A stretch of DNA of 64,000 nt from Eledone cirrhosa (taxonomy: Eukaryota), in the NCBI GenBank assembly GCA_964016885.1, contig OZ024740.1, forward strand, positions 427,180,001-427,244,000, given 5' to 3'. The position numbers were made by a program, and so were the translations under genes. Position 1 is the first letter of the stretch. Each line of letters opens with the position of its first letter. The notes beneath the pieces are model-generated. The model was not told the DNA's origin. It did not search any database and was given only the letters and a program-made list of their open reading frames with translations. Shown here one piece after another: positions 55,325 to 64,000 of the stretch.

Positions 55325-56030
55325 ATATATTTATATAAAGAATTAATATATCTACCAACATATATATACAAATGTATACCTATGCAAGCAAATATATATG
55401 ATGATAAGGTTTCTCCATGTTCTACATGTATATTCCCTTTCAGAAACTAATTAGTTGGAGTGAAATTTAAGTAAGTAAGCTAATTTCTATAATTTACTTA
55501 TTTTACGTTTTTCATATGATTGTTCTGCATCCCCTTGCATTGAACCACAAAGTTACTAAGACAAAACCTATATATTTGCTAGCATAGGCATACATTTGTA
55601 TATATATGTTGGTAGATATATTAATTCTATATAATTATCTCCAAATTATTTTGTTTAGAAAAAAATTTGCTAAAATTACTACTATAGTTCATAGTAACAG
55701 CTTGGCTAGTGTCTTTTTAACACCCCACTCCTCACTGATTAACCCCGATGTCACGTGATTGATTCTTTTGAGTTTGCCACCGAACAAGAAGGCAGTGATT
55801 TTTTTCAGTGTCCTGGAATTTAGTCCCAGCTTGCACTATTCCATCCGCTAAATATATTTTTGGATAAGTTCCCTGTGTCCACGCATTGCCAGGTATCTTA
55901 GCTGAGAATGACTCCCTGATGACGATAAGGTTTCTCCATGTGCTACATGTATATTCCCTTTCAGAAACTAATTAGTTGGAGTGAAATTTAAGTAAGTAAG
56001 CTAATTTCTTTAATTTTCTTATTTTACGTT

Positions 56031-56036
<6 letters not shown>
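55325..56036 (+). mobile_element. family F element: inverted 5' piece plus partial tandem (about 520-bp period)
   Basis: 55340-55398 is the reverse complement of about 55570-55628. The first unit starts at the HHR core (TGATGA, 55399). A complete HHR lies at 55911-55982. Confidence 0.85.
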
Positions 56037-56126
<90 letters not shown>

Positions 56127-56129
<3 letters not shown>

Positions 56130-56430
56130 TATGTACACGTACATACATACATGCATACAGACGTACATTAGTATGTATATATATATATACATACATGCAC
56201 ACATATATATATGTACGTATGGATTCACCGAACATTTATTATAATGCTCGGTGTGTTTGTAAACAAACATCCCGTATTAAGCCGTAGTGTCTATCAACCA
56301 TCGTTGCTCGTTTGTTCAACACTGACAAAGGAACGCTGTACTAGTTTCAAGCTTATTAGCTATCGTCAGCAACGTATACCTTCCTGCCAGATTGTTGAAC
56401 GTATATACTTACCTTATGCATATTAAACAT
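56127..56430 (-). mobile_element. family D element with intact HHR (56333-56375)
   Basis: acgttg-CTGACGA-tagctaataagctt-GAAAC-ta-GTA-cagcgt. A further fragment lies at about 47265-47340. Confidence 0.85.
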
Positions 56431-56521
56431 TTTCCTATATATATACATATATGTATCTATATATGTATCTATATATATATGTATCTATATATATATGTAT
56501 ATATATATTTATATATATTTA

Positions 56522-56585
<64 letters not shown>

Positions 56586-56587
56586 TA

Positions 56588-56776
56588 TGAAAAAGTATGA
56601 CCCCGACGGCAGAGATCAAGCCGTTTCGACGGCTATATCTGGACTCGAAATAGCCGTCGAAACGGCTTGAGCTCTGCTGTCGGGTCATATTTTTTCCTAT
56701 TACCCACTCTACTACCCTAAGTATTGAGTACTCTGGCGCGTTATGGTCCATCTGGTTCCTTACCACAATTTCTTCA
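56588..56776 (+). mobile_element. family A element, imperfect palindrome plus tail
   Basis: Same motifs as 23900-24092. Confidence 0.85.
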
Positions 56777-56878
56777 TATATATATATATTTATTTATTAA
56801 AATAACAGATTAAAGTTTAAGCAAAGAATCGCTTTTTCACCCTCTTTGGATTTTAGTCTTCACATTTATTATTATTAC

Positions 56879-56924
<46 letters not shown>

Positions 56925-57278
56925 TATGTTTATGTCTGACTTATGTATATATGGATTTTCTTCCTTTGTGTGAGCATGGTTTTGATTCTTCGTTGATCTT
57001 TATAGACTATATCGTACTTGAAACTTTCCTGGCATAACTATTCTTGTTGGTCTAGTTTATTATTGCTATTCTTCTTGTTGTTATTGTTGGTTTTATTGTT
57101 TTTATTGTGGTTATTATATTCATTGTTGTTGTTGTTATTATCATTATTGTTGTTGTTGTTGTTGTTGTTGTTATGGAAGCAGGTTCTTAGCCGCCACGTT
57201 GCCTACCAGCATGCTTAAAATTAGCGTTACTGGTTATGTCAAAATCATGATGGCGTATATATATACATATAAATATAA

Positions 57279-57330
<52 letters not shown>

Positions 57331-57365
57331 TTATAAATATATATATATATGAATATATATATATA

Positions 57366-57464
<99 letters not shown>

Positions 57465-57832
57465 TTGTATATATATTTGTATATATATTTGTATATACAC
57501 ATGTATATGTATTTATGTGTGTATGTGTGTACGTGTATGTGTGTATTTGTATACATATATATGTGCATATATGTATGTATGCGTGTATGTATGTGTATGT
57601 AGGCATGTATGTAAGCATGTATATTCCCATGTATGTATATATATATGTATATATGTATGTATGTAAATATGAATATACGTATGCATGTATATATGTATAC
57701 ACATTGGTATCTATTTATGTATGTAGGCATATATATATATGTGTGTGTGTGTGAGTATGTGCGTGCGCGTATATATATGTAACTATTTATGCATGTATGT
57801 ATGTTTGTACGTATGCAGGCATGTATGTAGGC

Positions 57833-57908
<76 letters not shown>

Positions 57909-58129
57909 ACTTACGTATAAAATGACAGCTTTCCAATAGGCTCACTGCTCTTTGTCAATCGATTCTGGCAAGAACTACTGACAGATATTTGAAGCGTTGC
58001 CGCAATGTATTCAGACTATAATAGTCATGTTAAGAAAGAATCTGAAATATTTATTTCTATTCTACTGGTTTGGGATGTTAAGGGCTAACGATAATCCTAA
58101 CTATTATTATTATTTTTATTATTAAAAAT

Positions 58130-60100
58130 AGGGCGGTGGATTGGCAGTATCGGTAGTGGGTCGGACGCCATGCTTTCACGTATAGAGTTACAGCCCTGCC
58201 ATTTTGAGTTCAAATCCTGCCGAGGTTAACTTTGCCTTTCATCTTTACGTGTTTGATAAACTAATGTACCAGTAACGCACTGGTTTCGATTTAATCGACT
58301 TCCCTTTCACCAAAATTGTTGGCCTTGTTTCTATAAATCCGAACTCATTATTAATTAAGGGCGATGGATTTTCAGTAAGGGTAAAGCTCCGGGGAACATG
58401 TTTTACGGTATATAGTTACGGCTTTTTAATGTTCTAAGTTCAAATCCCGCCGAGGTTAGTTTAGCCTTTCTTCCTTATAGGGTCGATAAAATAAATCACT
58501 AGTGATGTGCTGTGGTCGATATAATCGAATTTCCCCTCCCCAAGTTGTTGGCCTTGTGTCTGAATCTGAAACAATTATTATTATTATTAGTTGAGTCAAT
58601 GGGTTTGCTCCGTGCATGCGCCTGTAAACTAGCGGTCAAGATTCAGTCTACCTTTTGGGGGGCTTCTCTTCACGTCTAACCCTGAGAGGTCTCCTCACTT
58701 GCGGGGAATTGCTTATGTTTGATTTGTTTCAATGTTTATTTTTTTAGTCTTTGTTATAGCTTATATTTTTTACAGATCCTTCTCCCTCATTGAACTGTGC
58801 CATTTTGAATGTTTTCTTATATTGAAACCTGTGGCGTTAACAGAGAGTGCACTTGCTCTAGTGGTCAAGGTTACCATGACCTTTTGGGGGCTTTCTTCAT
58901 GTGTGACCCTCGGAGGTATTCCCATTTTGGGGGAATTTGTTGTTTTTATTTTGTAAGATTATTTTTTAGCTTTCTTTATAAAACTTTGCCTTACACAAAT
59001 AAGCCACAATGTACTGTCCTGTACCGACCTTATTGTTCTTTTACTGTAAGCCCTGTGTTAGAGTGTCATACATTATACTTTGTGACATATAGTTACAGCC
59101 CTTTACACCAACCGCGATTAACTTTGTCTTTCATCCTTACGGTGTTGATGAAATAAAGTACCAGTAACGAATCGGGTTGATTTTATAGACTTTCCCTACC
59201 CCCAAAATTGTTGGCCTTGTGCCTAAATCAGAAACGATTATTATTATTATTGTTGCTACTAAGGACAGTGGATTGGCAGAATCGTTAGACGGTCGAACGC
59301 CATGTTTTGCAAAATAGAGTTACGGCCCTTTACAATCTGAGTTCAAATCTCGCCGAGGTTAACTTTGCCTTTCATCCTTACGGGATCGATAAAATAAAGT
59401 ACCAGTAATGCACTGGGATAATTGCTGGCCTTGTGGCAAAAGTAGAAACAATTATTATTGCTGCTGCTGTTGTTGTTGTTGTTGTTACTGTTATTATTGT
59501 TGCCGTTTTTTTATTTTTGTTGTTATTAATAATTTGATTTTGTGTAGAAATAATTTAATCAAATATCCTCATATTCCAGCCATGTTATCGATTCAACATT
59601 TCTTATGATGGGGTGAAATCTTTCGAGATATGTGTTAACTCGTTTACCCCTACATTAATTAAGATTTGGGGAGAAGTATACATGATTTTAATAATGTATC
59701 AATAATATATATAGAGATAGTTTAATATTTATTTTGGTGTGTTAACATCTGTGAACCTGTCACTGGATATAGACATTCATTAAATGTATTTTAATCTTTA
59801 TTTTGTAACCTTATAAAAACATCAGTATTCTCAGTACTTATTGTAGATTAAGATGATGATGTTGATATTGTTGTTGATTTTTATTGGTATTATTGTTAAT
59901 AGCAGAGGGCGGTGGATTGGCAGTATCGGTAAAGGGTCAGACGCCATGCTTTGCAGGAAAGAGTTACGGCCCTTTATGGTCTGAGTTCAAATCCCGTCGA
60001 GGTTAACTTTGCCTTTCATCCTTACGGGGTCGATAAAATAAAGTACCAGTAATGTACTGGGATAATTGCTGGCCTTGTGCCAAAAGTAGAAACAATTATT
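58130..60100 (+). mobile_element. SINE family 1 copies at 58131-58352, 58358-58580, 59080-59245, 59262-59458 and 59906-60100
   Basis: Consensus motifs in each copy, all on the plus strand. Confidence 0.88.
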
Positions 60101-60399
60101 GTTAATAGAAGAGCAGTGGGTTGGCACTATCGGTTGAGCCTCTACTAGAGGCCTTGTGACTCTAGTAGAAATCATTGTTGTTAATCGAACCCCAAACTGT
60201 CTCTGATCGAAAAGATCAAATATCAAATATCTACAAAATATTCTCATCCACTCTTCATAATTTGTATTTGTATTTATATTATCTAATAAGTCCATTCTCT
60301 TTTTAAGAATGTAGAAGTTAAGGTCCAAAACACTACTTGAGTGGGGTTTCTCCTATGACCACCTTCTATTGTCCAGCTACCTTACGCAGATTTTGCGCC

Positions 60400-60880
60400 A
60401 CTATGTCATGATGTTGAAGTAGTCGCTAAATCCCTTAGGTATGATATATCTCGAGTTTGATAAGGTTGATCATGGAAATATATATGACAACATAAGCGAC
60501 CCCAACATAGTTGTAAAATTAGGAGAGAGGCTGCAATGTGTCTTAACACAGAAGTCATGCTGTCGAAGTCAATAGAACCCTCGCAAAGGAAACATTAATC
60601 GAGATTGGAATCTCTCTGGGAATTAACTACCTTGGGGTTTCTACTGTTTGTGGTGGCTTTCTCATAAATGCCTTCGATTGAGCAGGTATCCGATATCACT
60701 AACCATACTTATGATACAAATGTAACACAGGCACTAAAATTCCGGATGATGCAACTCTCTTACAATGATATTAAGGTGCCGTGCATAAAAGGGTCGAAGA
60801 CATAAGTTTGCAGTTTAGTTTAATGCCGGAAAGTTTCAAGCCCTCTAATATCAACCCACTAAAACAAACATACTAGAACA
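60400..60880 (+). pseudogene. highly decayed CR1/Jockey-group LINE reverse transcriptase fragment
   Basis: Remnant motifs IYLEFDKVDHG (about 60444-60476), T.LG.LLF (about 60626-60650) and FNAGKFQAL (about 60819-60845), in RT order. Confidence 0.6.
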
Positions 60881-61134
60881 AAGTTACCCGGGTTGAGAGG
60901 TATCTGGCACCCTTTAGAGTTAAAAAACAACTGCGAAGGGGAAGAGGAGTAGAGAGACAGAAAGTAAAAAATAAAAGAGTAAGGATAACGGGAGGGAAAC
61001 AAAGCATGAATAAGATTTTTAAAATCACAATAAACTTTAGCAACTATAAAACAGTTAAACGTTTCTATTCTTGAATCTTTTCGTTATTTCTATGATGTGA
61101 AAGATCTTGTTTATAGTAGGTAAATCATTGACAA

Positions 61135-61494
61135 TCTATATATTACTAAAACTCTGTGATTGCGTGTTTGTCTGTAATGTAATACAACCAAAACGGCGCA
61201 TAATGGAAAAATACTTTGAAAGGAAGTTTTATTCTCAAATGAGAATATAAATGGAATAAAATAAGTTTCGCATAAATCGGAGCGAGGGTCCAGAGATATG
61301 GGGGTTTCCGGTTAGCTTCATAAATATATATAAAGAAAGATAGAGAGAAAGAGATAGTGGTTGTGAGAGAGTAGATTGAAAGCGAGACATGTCTATGTAT
61401 ATTTTAATTATTTAAAAATTACTCTTAAGTGAACATGGTTTAAAAAAAAAAAATGTTTAAGTGAACGTGACCTAACGGCACACGTGTGGTCTAG
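61135..61494 (+). mobile_element. non-autonomous Helitron
   Basis: Inserted between A and T. 5' end TCTATATATTACTAAAA; 3' hairpin ACGTG..CACGT (61465-61485) followed by terminal CTAG. No TSD. Confidence 0.7.
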
Positions 61495-62133
61495 TATATA
61501 GTATTTGCAGTCATAATAGATGTTTATAGACCAACTTCAAATTGTCTTCCCCCACTGGCTGGTAGTTTCCACATTGTAAAAAATAGTCGCAATGCGTTTC
61601 TGGGCAACCTCCACGAGAGCATCAGGTGATTATATACGACCTGTTCACGATAAAATATATTTATTAACATTATTTAATGTTTCATACATTGTTCCCATTG
61701 ACAGAAATGGGTTAGATAATGGAAGATTGAAATTTGTGAGCTTATCTCAAAGTTTTTCCTAAAGTGTTTCCCAACCTTGACTAATTATATTATTGTAAAA
61801 TGGTTTGACTTGCGATAGATTTGGAATGTAGTTCATATCTACTATTTCCATGTGTGTCGCACTCTTTGTTAGTTTATCTGCTTTCCTATTCCTCTAAGAT
61901 CTGTAAGGTCTGGTATCCAGATCATTATTACTTTAAAAAAATTATTTTCAACGATATAGTTATCTTTCTTTAGCAAACTAAAGAGAAGGTCAATCAACAG
62001 AAAATGTGGAATTTAGATATTTATATTAATTGTTTGACATAACCCCGGGACTAACAGAGGTTTCAAGATGTCGAAATACTCGTGTCCGTTTTGCAAAGGA
62101 GAAAAAAGAATTAATGGTTTCTATATGTATATG

Positions 62134-62217
<84 letters not shown>

Positions 62218-62224
62218 TATATAA

Positions 62225-62273
<49 letters not shown>

Positions 62274-62280
<7 letters not shown>

Positions 62281-64000
62281 ATTATTATTATTCCTTGAAT
62301 CTCAGTCATTGATGTTAGTTAACTGGAAAGTCCGTTGGAATGAATATCAACCCACTACCTGCAGCCTCAGATATTCAGGACGTATCGGAGGGTTCTTGCT
62401 GTTCCCAGCAAGCATGTCTTTTGAAGCGTTCCAAAAAGCGTGAAGGGGCCGATTTTCTTTAACCATCCCTGGAAACTTTTGGAGATAGTCTCCAGTGCGC
62501 CTATGACAATCGGGATCACTTTGACTTCATGGCAGTTCCAAATCCTTTTTACCTCCCACTTTAAGTCCTGGTATCGGTTAATTTTCTCCCTCTCCTTCTC
62601 TTGCACTCTCGTGTCGAATGGGCAGGCCACATCCACAATCAGACACGATCTTTTTTCTTTTTCCACAACCACCAGGTCAAGTCTATTGTGTTCCAATTTC
62701 TTGTCCGTCTGTATCCTAAAATCCCACAGCACCTTCACCTGATCGTTCTCCATCACCGCCTCTGGCTTATGCTCATACCATTTCTCAGAATGTGGTAAAT
62801 TGTTTACTTTGCACAGGTGCCAGTGGATCACCCTGCCCATCACATCATGTCTCCAGCCTTTATAGTGGGTCTGGGCTAGGTGTTTACACTCAGATACAAT
62901 GTGAGCCACAGTCTCCTCTCTCTCTCCACAGATCCTGCACAGTGGGCTAGCCTCCTCCTTGTAAATATGTTGTTTCAACCACTTCCGTTTGAGGGCCTGC
63001 TCCTGCGCAGCCATTAACATTCCTTCTAGCCTTTTTAAGGTCTCCTCTTCTCAACCAGTTCCATGTCTGTGGATCTCTAAATTCAGTTTTCTCAAAGAAG
63101 GTACTATGAAGGGATTTTTCCTGAAGGCTGCTCTTTCTCCTTGATGTTATTTCCTCCTTGGACATCCCCTGGCCTATTGTCCCCTCCTTCAGTACAGTTC
63201 TGAGCATTGGCTCCTTACTATCAGTCACGTATTTGTGTAGGTTGTTTTTCTCCATCTGAACACAGTCCTCTATGCTGATAAGACCTCTTCCCCCCTCAGA
63301 TCTCCTTAGGTAGAGTCTATCGACATCACTCCTCTTGTGGAACATGTTGTAGATAGTCAATAGCTTCCTAGTCTTCCTATGCATTTCTTTTTGTTCAGCA
63401 ACATTCCATCTCAGAATTCCCGTACTGTACCTAATAATAGACACAGCTCGGGAATTTACTGCGCTTATGGCATTTCTGCTGTTCAGATATGACTTCAATA
63501 CGCTCCTTATTCTCCGAATGTATTCAGTTCTTAACAATTCCTTCATTTTTTTGTTCTTTATGCCATCAGCCTCCAGAACGCTCAAATACTTATATCCTTC
63601 CTCAGAGTCAATTTCCTTTATCATCTCACCTGTTGGTATCTGGATTCCGTTACTTCTGCTCAACCTACCCCTCCTCATCACAATGACTCCACACTTATTA
63701 ATACCAAACTGCATACATATATCACTGCTGAAAATGCGGACAGTGTCAACAAGCACATCCAACTCCTTCTCACTCTTCCCGAAGAGCTTAAGATCGTCCA
63801 TGAAGAGGAGGTGATTGATGGTAAGCCCTCCCTTTCCCAACTTGTATCCTGCTCTCACTTTTCGCAGTACACTGGTCAGGGGCATCAGGGCAAGGACAAA
63901 CAACAGAGGGGACAGGCTATCTCCCTGGAAGATACCTCTCTTGATCTTCACGCTTCCCAAGGATTCTCCAGTTGATGTCAACTCTGTTTCCCAGGACCTC
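62274..64000 (-). mobile_element. R4/Dong-like non-LTR retrotransposon (RT + CCHC + restriction-like endonuclease), 3' part with (TAA)n tail
   Basis: The ORF runs off the window. A short 3' UTR is followed by (AAT)n at 62275-62292, next to (TA)n. Confidence 0.88.
62367..64000 (-). pseudogene. RT-REL polyprotein with one frameshift (about 63025)
   Basis: GIFQGDSLSPLLF, HLLFMDDLKL, YKYL, GGRGL, then AAQEQAL, CRICG..ETVAHIVSEC, RHD, LWDF.IQTD..NRLD (PD to LD), DVACP, EK..RY..L. Confidence 0.9.

Noticed and set aside
62274-62366. R4/Dong element as partner LINE of SINE family 1
   Set aside because: No shared 3' sequence is seen. The SINE tail is (ATT)n on its sense strand, whereas the LINE tail is (AAT)n.

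Overview
AT-rich, repeat-saturated animal DNA (intronic or intergenic) with no supportable host gene. The dominant tRNA-derived SINE resembles octopod cephalopod SINEs, so the organism is inferred rather than established. Almost all listed ORFs are microsatellite artefacts. All real coding signal is from retroelements: an L1/Tx1-like ORF2 3' end (1-641); a near full-length, disrupted Naiad-type Penelope-like element (PLE: RT plus GIY-YIG between two pseudo-LTRs, 41787-45439); the 3' end of a second Naiad (10006-10625); an R4/Dong-like RT-REL element with a (TAA)n tail (62274-64000); and a decayed CR1-like RT. There are about 30 SINE copies, a 2.1-kb 45-bp satellite built from the SINE head, a non-autonomous Helitron and a probable Gypsy-type LTR. 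The main hidden signal is more than 20 type I hammerhead ribozyme (HHR) motifs, read by eye, in about 10 unrelated families of short non-coding elements. Most sit inside (TA)n tracts and many are palindromic. In most families the inversion junction falls on HHR stem II or the core, which suggests a ribozyme-linked fold-back step in PLE or retrozyme integration.
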